Assembly: GCA_016840855.1 (NCBI GenBank)
Contig: JAEORO010000134.1
Span: forward strand, 1 to 43,661
Origin: Candidatus Thorarchaeota archaeon
GTDB taxonomy: Archaea; Asgardarchaeota; Thorarchaeia; Thorarchaeales; Thorarchaeaceae
Length of the DNA: 43,661 bases
Reading direction: 5' to 3'
Shown here in pieces: positions 1-9,823 of the stretch. The notes beneath the pieces were generated by a model. It saw nothing but the letters and a program-made list of their open reading frames with translations, searched no databases and was not told where the DNA came from. The stretch's first letter is position 1. Each line of letters starts with the position of its first letter. A program made the position numbers and the translations under genes.

Positions 1-415
1 CTGTTTCAGCTCCAACTGCAATCTTACTTCCGAAGAAGACAAACACAAAGAGGAAAATATATGCAATCACAACCATAGTCCCCATATCAAACAAGTAACC
101 TTGTGTGACTGCATCGATGCCAGTTAGGAGTCCATATGTAAGTAGAGTTCCAAGAGCGTGTATGTAAACAAGCATGTTAGATATCAGTTTGTCATCGGGA
201 TGTACAAACCCAGTCATTTCTGTAAAAGTGTTGATTATACTAATAATCAGTACAACCCCTAATACAATAATGGCTCCAATCCATATGTAAAACGGATAGA
301 GTAATTGTTCAGGAGTTGCAGACAATGAATCAAGTAGGTATTTCAGCCCGATGGTAACACCAAGCAGAGTAAGTCCAATTCCAGAAAGGAAGTTACCAAT
401 TGTCGTAACTCTCAT
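1..415 (-). CDS. Hypothetical integral membrane protein (about 4 TM seen), 3' end truncated by window edge
   Basis: Not in the ORF track. Hand translation from ATG at 415: MRVTTIGNFLSGIGLTLLGVTIGLKYLL...FLFVFVFFGSKIAVGAET, open to the edge. Purine-rich GGGAGAG upstream. Confidence 0.8.
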   Translation of the reverse strand, partial: MRVTTIGNFLSGIGLTLLGVTIGLKYLLDSLSATPEQLLYPFYIWIGAIIVLGVVLIISIINTFTEMTGFVHPDDKLISNMLVYIHALGTLLTYGLLTGIDAVTQGYLFDMGTMVVIAYIFLFVFVFFGSKIAVGAET

Positions 416-504
416 ATTCGACTCTCCCTAATCAGAGTATTTGAAGGCTTTCTAGGTCTAGTTTCTATTAACTCTTTGCTATCTTTGATTAGCATAACCT
501 GTGT

Positions 505-1716
505 TTATTCTTCTATCAAAACAACGGGTGCTGCTTCTTTAAGGAAATAGGTTCCAATGCACGCAATAGCAATCAGAATCGCAACAAGTGCACCTAGACC
601 GGGAAATAGCCCTCCTATCGAGTATGCATATTCCCCTGCAAGAGGCCCTATTATCATCCCTGAGCCAAAGAAAATACTGTACACTCCCATAGTACTTCCA
701 CGGGCTTCTTCAGATGAAATATCGGTGAGGTATGCCATTGCAGCTGGAGGAAATGCTCCTGCGATGAATCCAAGTGCTGGTAATACTGGCCATATTGCCC
801 ACACCAATTCAAAACTATCTGCGTTTGCTACGAGCAGATATGCAAGAGCGCCAAAACCAATTAAACCAACTACAATGAATGGTCTTCTCTTCATCAAATA
901 ATCAGACAAATGCCCCATTGCGACGATACCAAGAAACAATGATCCTCCAAGCATACCAAAGAGAATTAACATGTCGGGTGCACTGAGTGAAAAATAGACC
1001 TCTATGATATGCTTTGCCTTTGAAATTACTAGACCATATAGAGAAATTATTGGGACGTAAACCGGCAGCATCAATTGTATTCTCCGATCACTTGCAACCT
1101 GCTTCAAGAGCGCGAGCATACTCGCTTCAGTATGTACAACAGTACGAGTTTCCTTGATCAAAATAATAGTAATAACTCCACCAATGAAACAAGCACCAGC
1201 TGCAGCAAAAAGAAGGATATTGGGTGCCCATCCAAATTCTAATAGTAGGATGCCAAGCCCAAAGCCTCCAGCAAGACCCATGAGCGTACTGAGATCGTAA
1301 TATCCCATCAATCTGGCTCTATTCGTTTCTGTTGAACAGTCTGCAATCATTGAAAGAGTTGTAGTTACTTGAGATGCTGCACCCAATCCAAAAAGTGCTG
1401 CAAGAACATATGCGAGGAATTCAAAAGTTGCAACTCCGAAAAGAAGTGCAGCAATGCCTGTCATGAAAAGACTAGCTATGAAAATTGGTTTTCTCCCAAC
1501 TTTATCGCTATATGAACCAAAGAATGAAACCGAACTTAACTCTGCAACTGGATAGATGGCAAGAACTACTGCAACTCCCCAACCAACCAGAGCTCCCCCC
1601 ATATATGCACTACTTGAAATTACAGCAATTGTAACATAGAAGGAAGCACGCATTATCAATGTCACAAGATACAACATCATTAGGGTCAGGAAATGACCTG
1701 ATTTTCTAAGTCCCAT
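505..1716 (-). CDS. MFS transporter
   Basis: 403 aa, about 12 hydrophobic segments. MFS motif A twice (GSYSDKVGRK; GHLSDYLMKRR); RGSTMG and GPLAG in the second half. Confidence 0.93.
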   Translation of the reverse strand: MGLRKSGHFLTLMMLYLVTLIMRASFYVTIAVISSSAYMGGALVGWGVAVVLAIYPVAELSSVSFFGSYSDKVGRKPIFIASLFMTGIAALLFGVATFEFLAYVLAALFGLGAASQVTTTLSMIADCSTETNRARLMGYYDLSTLMGLAGGFGLGILLLEFGWAPNILLFAAAGACFIGGVITIILIKETRTVVHTEASMLALLKQVASDRRIQLMLPVYVPIISLYGLVISKAKHIIEVYFSLSAPDMLILFGMLGGSLFLGIVAMGHLSDYLMKRRPFIVVGLIGFGALAYLLVANADSFELVWAIWPVLPALGFIAGAFPPAAMAYLTDISSEEARGSTMGVYSIFFGSGMIIGPLAGEYAYSIGGLFPGLGALVAILIAIACIGTYFLKEAAPVVLIEE

Positions 1717-1760
1717 TCTTTTGGTCTCCGTGTAATGTGCATCTGGCCCATGCGTTAGCG

Positions 1761-1767
1761 TTTATAA
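1761..1767. promoter_or_regulatory. Candidate TATA box, possibly bidirectional, between divergent MFS and 1793 ORF
   Basis: TTTATAA about 26 nt upstream of ATG 1793 (leaderless spacing). Reads TTATAAA on the minus strand about 45 nt upstream of the MFS start. Confidence 0.5.
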
Positions 1768-1792
1768 GCTTGGTAGGTCCAAGAATTGAAGT

Positions 1793-2155
1793 ATGGCAGG
1801 CAGTAGGATTCCAGGGGACATTGGTTCAACAGATTATATCTATCTATCACTCTATCGACTCCGAGTCTTGGACGATGACGACAAGAAGAAATGGTTCAAA
1901 TCATGGCGAGATATAAAGAGCAAAATGCCAAAAGGAATGAGGATTGTAACTGAAGCAACAAGCGCCTTTGGAACTGAATACACTGGCTTCACAGTCTATG
2001 AGGGGCCTCTTGATAAATTCCAAGAGCTTGCAGATATGATTGAAGAGTACTCACAAGGATTTGTCGAAAAGATTCTAACAATTATTGGAACAAAGGGGCT
2101 TTCACTTCCTACCGCTGAGTTCCAGAAGATTATCGAAGAACGTCCGGTAGATTGA
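1793..2155 (+). CDS. Hypothetical protein, possibly ferredoxin-like alpha/beta fold
   Basis: 120-aa ORF with ATG start, 13 nt before the DASS gene. The fold guess is from the hydrophobicity pattern only. Confidence 0.7.
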   Translation: MAGSRIPGDIGSTDYIYLSLYRLRVLDDDDKKKWFKSWRDIKSKMPKGMRIVTEATSAFGTEYTGFTVYEGPLDKFQELADMIEEYSQGFVEKILTIIGTKGLSLPTAEFQKIIEERPVD

Positions 2156-2168
2156 GAGGGTCGTCAGG

Positions 2169-3932
2169 GTGCAGTACAAATTCTCACGGAAGACTGCTGT
2201 CATTCTTTTCATTGCTATCGTAGCAGGTTATGCGATGTATAACCTCGCCCCCACTGAGATTGAACCAGGACTGTACCGCCTTGAAATACAGATTCACTCT
2301 GAGGGTATTGACACTTCTCAATTCTATAATGTGTCCTTTGTAAATGAAGTTACAGATGGAAGTAGCACTCACTTGCTCATTGGAACCTCAACTAATGTTA
2401 CTGTGACAATCCCGCATAATGTTGTGATATCTTCAGATAATCAGCTCAGAATAATTCTTGATGCGAGCGGAACTGCGTTATCAGCGAGCAATATTGTTGC
2501 TTTCCTCACAGATGAGAGTGGTTTTAATCTCACTCTTCGTCCCAGTAAGCAATCAGGACAGACATTCATTATCGAGTATCAACCATTGGTTAACTCAAAT
2601 GCTGCGGTAATGATACTCACAGTCGTTGCTATTCTATGGTTCACTGAAGGAATCAGTCTTGTGGCAACATCTCTACTAATTCCAATCTTGATAGTTCTGG
2701 CTGATATCCGAACACCTAATGCTGCATTAGCTCCATTCTTTGATCCTGCAGTAGCTTTGATACTTGGCGGATTTCTAATAGGTAGAGCATTGGACAAGTA
2801 TGAGCTTGACAAGAGACTTGCTCTTCTCATACTATCTAGGAGTGCTGGATCTGGCTCTAGCCTCATTCTTGCTGTAATGGGAATAACAGCTTTTCTTTCA
2901 ATGTGGATTAGTAACACAGCATCCGCAGCTATTATGATTCCAATTGCTCTAGCTATGATTAGTCGCATCAAAAGCACAGACACAAGAGATCGATATGGGA
3001 AAGCACTTGTATTAGGTGTAGCTTATTCTGCGACATTGGGTGGAGTGGCAAGTCTCGTTGGTTCTCCCCCAAATCCTTTGGCAGCCACATACATCAATTC
3101 ATTTCTTGGAATCCAGTTTACCTTTATGAGTTGGTTACCCTTTGGACTTCCAGTTGTTTTGATAATGCTGCCTTTAATTTGGCAATGGATTATGTTTCGA
3201 TTTAAACTCCCGAAGAGCATTGAAGAGATGAATGAACTGAAAGAGATCTCGTTCAAGGAATATCTCAAACTTGGTCCCATGCCAGTAGAACAAAAATTAG
3301 TTGTCATAGTTTTTATCTCAACCATAGCATTGTGGTTTACAGAGAAACTTCCAGACTTTATAGCGACTGCAATAGGTTGGCCAGGGCATGGAATATCAAG
3401 TTCAATCGTTGCGTTGATGGGTGGCTTATCGTTGTTAATTCTTCGCCTCCTCGACGAAAAGGATGTGTCTTCAGGTATAAATTGGTCATCGCTAATGATT
3501 CTAGGTGGCGGTATTGCACTTGGAGGAGCTATGATTGATACAGGACTTTCTACATTCATTGCTCATCAGATGGTTGGCTTAGGTGTACTCCCATCATTTC
3601 TTGTGATAGTGATAATTGGTACTATTGCAGTACTCGTGACAATGGTGGCATCGAATACAGGCGCTGCTGTAATCTTGATACCAATAGCGATACCTCTAGC
3701 CACAGGCCTTGGCATTGATCCACTCCTAATTGTGATGGTGATTGCCATTGCTGTTTCGATGGACTTTGCGTTACCAACAGGGACTCCACCATCAACCATA
3801 GCCTACAGCACTGGGAAGCTAGAGCTGCGTGAAATGGTGACTACAGGACTAGTTGTGGACCTAATTGCAATTACTGTTGTCACTATTATCGCAGTATGGT
3901 TGTGGAGTTTCCTAGGTTTCATTGTAATCTGA
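2169..3932 (+). CDS. DASS/SLC13-family Na+:dicarboxylate (or sulfate) symporter with extra N-terminal extracellular domain
   Basis: WFTEG, two SNT motifs (ISNTAS, ASNTGA), GSPPNP and GTPPST loops. About 140-aa N-terminal addition after one TM. Confidence 0.92.
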   Translation: MQYKFSRKTAVILFIAIVAGYAMYNLAPTEIEPGLYRLEIQIHSEGIDTSQFYNVSFVNEVTDGSSTHLLIGTSTNVTVTIPHNVVISSDNQLRIILDASGTALSASNIVAFLTDESGFNLTLRPSKQSGQTFIIEYQPLVNSNAAVMILTVVAILWFTEGISLVATSLLIPILIVLADIRTPNAALAPFFDPAVALILGGFLIGRALDKYELDKRLALLILSRSAGSGSSLILAVMGITAFLSMWISNTASAAIMIPIALAMISRIKSTDTRDRYGKALVLGVAYSATLGGVASLVGSPPNPLAATYINSFLGIQFTFMSWLPFGLPVVLIMLPLIWQWIMFRFKLPKSIEEMNELKEISFKEYLKLGPMPVEQKLVVIVFISTIALWFTEKLPDFIATAIGWPGHGISSSIVALMGGLSLLILRLLDEKDVSSGINWSSLMILGGGIALGGAMIDTGLSTFIAHQMVGLGVLPSFLVIVIIGTIAVLVTMVASNTGAAVILIPIAIPLATGLGIDPLLIVMVIAIAVSMDFALPTGTPPSTIAYSTGKLELREMVTTGLVVDLIAITVVTIIAVWLWSFLGFIVI

Positions 3933-4008
3933 AATCTCTAGTGCATCTTTGGAATTCACGAAGGGTTTAAATCACTCCAAAGAAGGAACCTGATTAAGGT
4001 GGCAAGAC

Positions 4009-4779
4009 ATGAGCTGGGTCGCAAAAATAATCAATGGAACTCCAGATGAATTCACACATGCAAAATTGGTCAAGTATGGAATTGGCTCTCACCCCGGTCC
4101 TAGAACCAAGCTCACCCTGAGTAAAGCTAGCATCAAATTCAAGGCTGACTTAGACCAAGAGAAAGATATTCTTCGCGGGTACGTCTTAGGTGCACCTTCT
4201 GGAACTCATAAGGTTAAGGGAACAATCATCACATATAGTGATCGTACGAATGAATTTAGTCAATTGAACATGCCCATTTCATGGTCGAAATCAAAAGGCA
4301 AAGGAGCTCCTGTCTTTAAAGCAAAGGTTGATGAAGTAGCTCCAATTGAGGATATTAGAGCTTTATTTGATGTTGATGATCCAACAACATTCTACCTTCT
4401 ATCAATAAATCCACGAGATGGATCTAAGCCTTGGAAAATTACTACGAAAACTTCTTTCCCGAAGGGAGGTCCTGCTGAAGAGGATGGGGAGTCTGATGAA
4501 AAGGACCCTGTCTTCACAAAAGGTGCTTTGGGTAATACTCCTGAGGTGTTTGATTATATTCTAAAGACGTTCCTTCCGGATTTGAAAGACAAGGTAAGTT
4601 CCAAAACAAAGAATATCACCATCAGAAATAATGTTGAAATCAAAGACATTGAGATTCCTAGTGATTCATCTCTTAGCTTCTCAGAGAAGCGTCGACTTGC
4701 TAAGAAACGAGGCAAGCTAATTCGGAATATTACTATCGATGGAAAGGACCACACCACAGAGTATGATTTCCTTGTGTAA
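4009..4779 (+). CDS. Lys-rich hypothetical protein
   Basis: 256-aa ORF. TATA-like TTTAAAT at 3966-3972 and SD AGGTGG at 3997-4002. Confidence 0.8.
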   Translation: MSWVAKIINGTPDEFTHAKLVKYGIGSHPGPRTKLTLSKASIKFKADLDQEKDILRGYVLGAPSGTHKVKGTIITYSDRTNEFSQLNMPISWSKSKGKGAPVFKAKVDEVAPIEDIRALFDVDDPTTFYLLSINPRDGSKPWKITTKTSFPKGGPAEEDGESDEKDPVFTKGALGNTPEVFDYILKTFLPDLKDKVSSKTKNITIRNNVEIKDIEIPSDSSLSFSEKRRLAKKRGKLIRNITIDGKDHTTEYDFLV

Positions 4780-4847
4780 TTACAACACCGTGACGTTTAA
4801 ATTCGAAACGAATGGCGACCCTATTACAGAAAGAAGAGGCGATATGT

Positions 4848-5048
4848 ATGCTCCAAGGATTTGAAGGATATTATTTTCCAATCTCACTTGTATTCATTTT
4901 TCTAGGCCTTTTTGCAGCGGCTTGGCTAATCATTCACATTGAGCATGGTCGTCACTTCTCGAGATTTAAGGTGATTTCAGCATTATTTCTTGCATCAATT
5001 TTGATAGGTTTTGGAATTCATTTCATACTACTTTCTGTTGGATTATAA
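4848..5048 (+). CDS. ost5: OST5/TMEM258-like small oligosaccharyltransferase subunit (2 TM)
   Basis: FPISLVFIFLGLFAAAW...LASILIGFGIHFILLSVGL follows the TMEM258/Ost5 pattern (FP..x.LL.IG.FF.AWF ... ASLF.GFG.LFLLL.VG). Start moved from 4812 to ATG 4848 (SD GAGGCGA upstream; TTTAAA at 4796-4801 is too close to 4812). Confidence 0.7.
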   Translation: MLQGFEGYYFPISLVFIFLGLFAAAWLIIHIEHGRHFSRFKVISALFLASILIGFGIHFILLSVGL

Positions 5049-5181
5049 GAACATCAACACTATTTCCTCAGCATCCTAGTAAACGCCTATTATGAACGAA
5101 ATACCATTATTTAGACACTTTGAGAACTAGTTTTGCTGCCCATAGTGGATAGCGTATTTTGAGTCTAAGAGGAATCTCGCC

Positions 5182-6369
5182 GTGTTACTTGAGCCCGATA
5201 TTCAGAAGCTAGCCGTAGAGAGCCGCCAGAGGCTAGTTCAAGAATTCGCAGATAAATATGCAAACCTCAGAGAGCGAGTTAAACGAGTACCTGAAGCTGA
5301 TGCAAATAAGATTGCAGAGAAACTATGTTGCCCTTTAGAGATTGCTATGATTGCGTATCTGATAAACATGGATGGTATCATGGGAGTTAAACAAGCTGTT
5401 GGACTTCTCAGTGCTGAGCTTCAAAGAAGGGCTAAGGTTGGTGATGGGGTTCCCAATCTACCTGGGAATATCATGGAGTTTGCTCTTGCTGAAGGTAAAT
5501 GGATATCACATATCTATGGAAGTTTTGTGAGGCAGCTCGAAATATCTGTTCGTGGGTTAGCGAATCTAGAAGAGGGAATTGATGGCGCTTCAATTGAAGT
5601 TGAAAAGGCTCTTTCAATCATAGCTGCTAGGACAAAGATGTCTGAAACAATGATTGCCCCAGTCATTGAAGAATGGCAAAAAGAACATCCAAAAGCTACA
5701 AGCAAAGATGCACTCATTTCTTTTGGTCAAGGAATAACAAAGTGGAATGTAAGTACGCTAAATGGTAAATTTCTACATGTTCAACGAAGGACACAAGCAT
5801 TATTTCGAGTATTGCGGGAAAGTTTACTCACTGCATCAGACTCCTTTACACTGGATGCAGCTATCAATCGTATAGACAGTCTCATAGAAGAACTTGGAAG
5901 TCCTTTTGAAGAAATGCCACTAAGAGCAGTTTCTCATTTCGTACTTCATATTGCACCTCGACAAGCCACTGGTAAAGGAGATAGGTCTCCATATGTTTCT
6001 GTAGGAGTCACATCCACCAGAGGAAACAAAGCCGAGCCTGATCTTAATTCTCCGTTTGATTTCCTTGAACGAGATGTTAAACTAGCAAAAAGGCGTTGGG
6101 GTGAAGAGCGAGAAGAATATCTGAAGGAAAAAATTGCGCGCGTGTTGCGTGTCTTAAAATATCAAGATAACACTCATGCAGAGAGTGTAGAACAGTGTTT
6201 GACAGAGATTGTTGAAAGGCTTAAGATTGAAAGTTCTCAATTAGATACGATTATTGAGGATTCCAAAGCTACTCTTACTAACGCGCCTGAGGCTGAGAGA
6301 GACATAATATCAGTGAGAATTATTTTCAATTTCGTTAATTCAAATATTTATGGAGCAGAATTGGCATGA
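5182..6369 (+). CDS. Hypothetical protein, predominantly alpha-helical
   Basis: 395-aa ORF, GTG start after AGAGGA. Stop overlaps the next start (ATGA). Confidence 0.85.
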   Translation: MLLEPDIQKLAVESRQRLVQEFADKYANLRERVKRVPEADANKIAEKLCCPLEIAMIAYLINMDGIMGVKQAVGLLSAELQRRAKVGDGVPNLPGNIMEFALAEGKWISHIYGSFVRQLEISVRGLANLEEGIDGASIEVEKALSIIAARTKMSETMIAPVIEEWQKEHPKATSKDALISFGQGITKWNVSTLNGKFLHVQRRTQALFRVLRESLLTASDSFTLDAAINRIDSLIEELGSPFEEMPLRAVSHFVLHIAPRQATGKGDRSPYVSVGVTSTRGNKAEPDLNSPFDFLERDVKLAKRRWGEEREEYLKEKIARVLRVLKYQDNTHAESVEQCLTEIVERLKIESSQLDTIIEDSKATLTNAPEAERDIISVRIIFNFVNSNIYGAELA

Positions 6370-7142
6370 GCCACGTCCATACTCCACTCTTTTGGTTGAT
6401 AGATGTTGAGAGCTATGATTTTCAAGTCGGCGCTTTCAAAGATGCTGATTTGAAAGGGAAAGCATTAATTCTATCAAATCAGTTATGGTCTATTATTCGC
6501 GGAACTCTTGTTTATTCTATTCTGATAGGTCCTGGAATTTTCAAAGGTGTAGCTACAAGAGGAAAAATACAGATCGATGTCTTAGAGTATCTTTCTGCTT
6601 TGATCTTTGATCCTACACTGTTACGCCTTGACGAACCACTTCCTCAAGTTGACATCGTAAATCCAGAGGTCATTGACCCTCTAAGTGCTCGGAAGCAGGA
6701 AGAGATTATCACCGTTATCCGAAATCTGGTAGTCGAGAAGGGGAATATCTTAGCTGCTGACACTTTGGCAACTGTTCAGATGAAAGCTAATGTTCCACAG
6801 ACTGCTCATTATGAGGAGATTTTCAAGCGAATCAATGTTTCACATGTATCTGGACTACAGAGAGCCAAATTTATCCTTGCAGGTACTAATGGTCCTTTAT
6901 ACAAACCCTTTGTTGAATACTACAATGAACGCAAATTTTGGAGTCGCGAAAAAACTAAGGTCATGGCAGCTCCTTTCTTTAAGTTTAGTAGCTTTGTTGA
7001 TATTGATGTCATGTCTGATTGGATGATTGTTGAGAAAGCAGGAGCGGACTCCAAGACTGGAATGGAAGCTATTGGTGAAGAGTTTGAAAGGACGCTCTCT
7101 ATTGTAGAGTCGCAGAGTGAGTCCTTCATCTTTGAACTATGA
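6366..7142 (+). CDS. Hypothetical protein
   Basis: 258-aa ORF translationally coupled to the 5182 ORF; no motif recognised. Confidence 0.85.
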   Translation: MSHVHTPLFWLIDVESYDFQVGAFKDADLKGKALILSNQLWSIIRGTLVYSILIGPGIFKGVATRGKIQIDVLEYLSALIFDPTLLRLDEPLPQVDIVNPEVIDPLSARKQEEIITVIRNLVVEKGNILAADTLATVQMKANVPQTAHYEEIFKRINVSHVSGLQRAKFILAGTNGPLYKPFVEYYNERKFWSREKTKVMAAPFFKFSSFVDIDVMSDWMIVEKAGADSKTGMEAIGEEFERTLSIVESQSESFIFEL

Positions 7143-7196
7143 TACAACCACAACAGTCATTGGTATAATGTTATGCCGAAAGTATGAGGTTTCTAG

Positions 7197-9818
7197 TTGG
7201 AGATTGCTGACGCCGACATACAAAAGCGGCTCGAAAAGCCCTATACACTCATTTTCAGAGCTGGACGGCAGGAGCTAACAACTAGAGTGGATATCTTTTC
7301 GGATGTGCTTCGCGACCGTCAACGATCTATGCTCAATGGAATGGTGGAATATGGATATCGAGAGTCAGGTCTCTTAGAAATCAAACGGTTCTGGTTTGTC
7401 AAATACAATAAGCCTGTCTATTATCAACCAAAGGAAACTCATGAAATTATCAGAAAAGCAAAGACGATTATTATTCCAAGAGAACAGAAACCCGCTTTCA
7501 TCATAGATCTCGAAAATCTTCTAATTCGTTTGGAAGCCCAAAAACCACGAGTAGTACCAACATGTCAACACTGTCTTCGGGATGACAGACTTACAATCTT
7601 GACAAAACGCAATGCTGTAAAAATTACTCAAAAACAGGTTGTATGTTCAAATTGTGCACAAGCTGACCTCCGAATAGAATTGAAGAACTTGGGTATTCAT
7701 CTATCTAAGGTCATGCTTACTCAACTGGAAAAACAGGTATCCAGAGTAAAATCCGTTCCAAGGATAATCGAAATGATGACACCAGGATTTGATCCTGCAA
7801 GTGAACCTGATTTAACCTTAGTTGATACTGTTGTTGCTCACGAAACAGGAATTTCCCGAAGAATAGCAGATCTTCCAATTCCATCTAAATTCAAAGAACA
7901 ACTCACGTCAGAAGGACTAGAATCTCTACTACCCATTCAATCTCAAGTGGTTGATGCAGGTCTTTTCAACGATGTGAACATGCTAATTGTGTCATCTACA
8001 TCATCAGGAAAGACATTGCTGGGCGAGCTTGCAGGAGTTCCCAAGGCTATCCAGGGAAAGAAAATGGTGTATATGTCGCCCTTAGTGGCTCTAACAAACG
8101 AAAAGTATGAACAATTTAGAAAACGATTCAAGTCAGTCGGGCTGCGCGTTGGTATCAAAGTTGGCATGTCGCGTTTAGATGTTGGTGATGAAGGTAAGCC
8201 AATTGTTGATACTGACATTACGAAAGCTGATGTTATCTGTGCTACCTATGAAGCGCTTGATCTAATATTTAGATCAGGTAATACCGCTGAGCTAGGAACG
8301 GTTGGAACAGTAATAATCGATGAAATTCAGAATCTTGCTGATCCAGAAAGAGGTCCTGAGCTTGACGGACTTCTAACACGAATGCGTATGCACTATCCAA
8401 AAGCTCAGTTTCTTGCACTTTCTGCCACCGTCGGTTCTCCAGAAGAATTGGCGAAGGAATTGCATATGAAGCTGGTAAATTATGAAGGGCGACCAATTCC
8501 TTTGGAACGACATCTTGTGTTCGCTCGTTCAGAAGAAGATAAGCGTACAATGATACGACGACTTGTTAATCAAGAGTTTCGACACACCAGTAGCTCAGGA
8601 AACAAAGGACAATCTATCATCTTTACTTATTCAAGAAGACGAGCGCATGCATTGAGCGATTGGCTAAGAGAACATCGCGTTTCAACAGCTGTATACCATG
8701 GAGGTTTATCATATTCTCGTCGTCGTAGAGTAGAATATTCATTTTCAAAACAACGATTTGCCAGTATTGTGACCACTGCAGCTCTTGGAGCTGGTGTAGA
8801 CCTTGCAGCATCCCAAGTGATTTTTGAATCTCTAGCAATGGGTGCTGATTGGCTTTCTACTGCAGAGTTTGAACAGATGCTTGGAAGGGCTGGTCGTCTT
8901 GGAAAGCATGATCGAGGCAAAGTCTACATCATTGTTCAGCCTGAGAAGAAATATCATGGTGGTCAGGACAAAGCTGAGGATGAGATCGCAGTAGAATTAT
9001 TGAATGGAATAATCGAAGATGTTGAACCGTTTGCAGATAAAGAGGAATGTGCAGAACAAATTCTTGCTACTATTTGCTCGACTGGTCTTGTGGATTTGAA
9101 GGAAGTAGCTCTTGCGTACAAACGCATGCTTTCGATGTCAATCCCTCCTTCAGAAGCTCTCAAGCATTTAGTTCGAACACATATGGTGCGCGTTAAAGAA
9201 GGTGGTGTCTATCCAACAGATCTTGGACGTGCAACATCACTATCGTTCTTGACTCCGAGCACTGGTCTTGAAGTCATGAAGCTCACATCCACATACGATG
9301 TCATTGATATTGCTATTATGCTGGAACCCTTTGAGAATGTCTATCTCACTGCGAAACTCCAAGAAGAGATCAACTCTGCATTTAGGACTCACATGCCAAC
9401 AAGGCTCTTTTCTGGTGTGTTTAGTGAAATTAGTGATGCAAGCCACCCAAAGACAGGAGTTGGACGCCTTCCTCAATGGGTCTTTGAGGTGTTTAGTAAG
9501 TGGACCACCACCTTCTTCAATTGTGGGTGTCGTGACTATCCCGAATGTGACCATGGGAAGGTCAGTCTAGGAAGATGGCTAGTCGAGAAACGAAAAGAAG
9601 GTCTTAATCCTTCTGGACTTGCACAAAAGCTTCATGATGATTTTGAGTTATGGGCTTATCCAGGTGATATTTTTTCATGGCTTGATTCACTAATCCATAG
9701 TCTCAAAGCTGTACAAAGGATTGCTAATGTTGCAGGAAAAACGGATCTTCATGTCCAGATTGAAGATCAAATAGCCCGGATTGAGCGACCATTAGAAAAT
9801 GTTGAAACAAGCGAATAA
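7197..9818 (+). CDS. Archaea-specific Ski2-like SF2 helicase (COG1202/ASH-Ski2 type)
   Basis: LLPIQ Q-motif, STSSGKT, DEIQ, SAT, HGGL, QMLGRAGR. N-terminal CQHC/CSNC and C-terminal CGCRDYPECDHG Cys clusters typical of this family. Confidence 0.9.
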   Translation: MEIADADIQKRLEKPYTLIFRAGRQELTTRVDIFSDVLRDRQRSMLNGMVEYGYRESGLLEIKRFWFVKYNKPVYYQPKETHEIIRKAKTIIIPREQKPAFIIDLENLLIRLEAQKPRVVPTCQHCLRDDRLTILTKRNAVKITQKQVVCSNCAQADLRIELKNLGIHLSKVMLTQLEKQVSRVKSVPRIIEMMTPGFDPASEPDLTLVDTVVAHETGISRRIADLPIPSKFKEQLTSEGLESLLPIQSQVVDAGLFNDVNMLIVSSTSSGKTLLGELAGVPKAIQGKKMVYMSPLVALTNEKYEQFRKRFKSVGLRVGIKVGMSRLDVGDEGKPIVDTDITKADVICATYEALDLIFRSGNTAELGTVGTVIIDEIQNLADPERGPELDGLLTRMRMHYPKAQFLALSATVGSPEELAKELHMKLVNYEGRPIPLERHLVFARSEEDKRTMIRRLVNQEFRHTSSSGNKGQSIIFTYSRRRAHALSDWLREHRVSTAVYHGGLSYSRRRRVEYSFSKQRFASIVTTAALGAGVDLAASQVIFESLAMGADWLSTAEFEQMLGRAGRLGKHDRGKVYIIVQPEKKYHGGQDKAEDEIAVELLNGIIEDVEPFADKEECAEQILATICSTGLVDLKEVALAYKRMLSMSIPPSEALKHLVRTHMVRVKEGGVYPTDLGRATSLSFLTPSTGLEVMKLTSTYDVIDIAIMLEPFENVYLTAKLQEEINSAFRTHMPTRLFSGVFSEISDASHPKTGVGRLPQWVFEVFSKWTTTFFNCGCRDYPECDHGKVSLGRWLVEKRKEGLNPSGLAQKLHDDFELWAYPGDIFSWLDSLIHSLKAVQRIANVAGKTDLHVQIEDQIARIERPLENVETSE

Positions 9819-9823
9819 TGTAC

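Noticed and set aside
5182-9818. Hachiman-like defence system (unknown ORF plus Ski2-like helicase)
   Set aside because: The helicase has the Cys-cluster termini of the COG1202 housekeeping family, and no nuclease motif or mobile context is visible.
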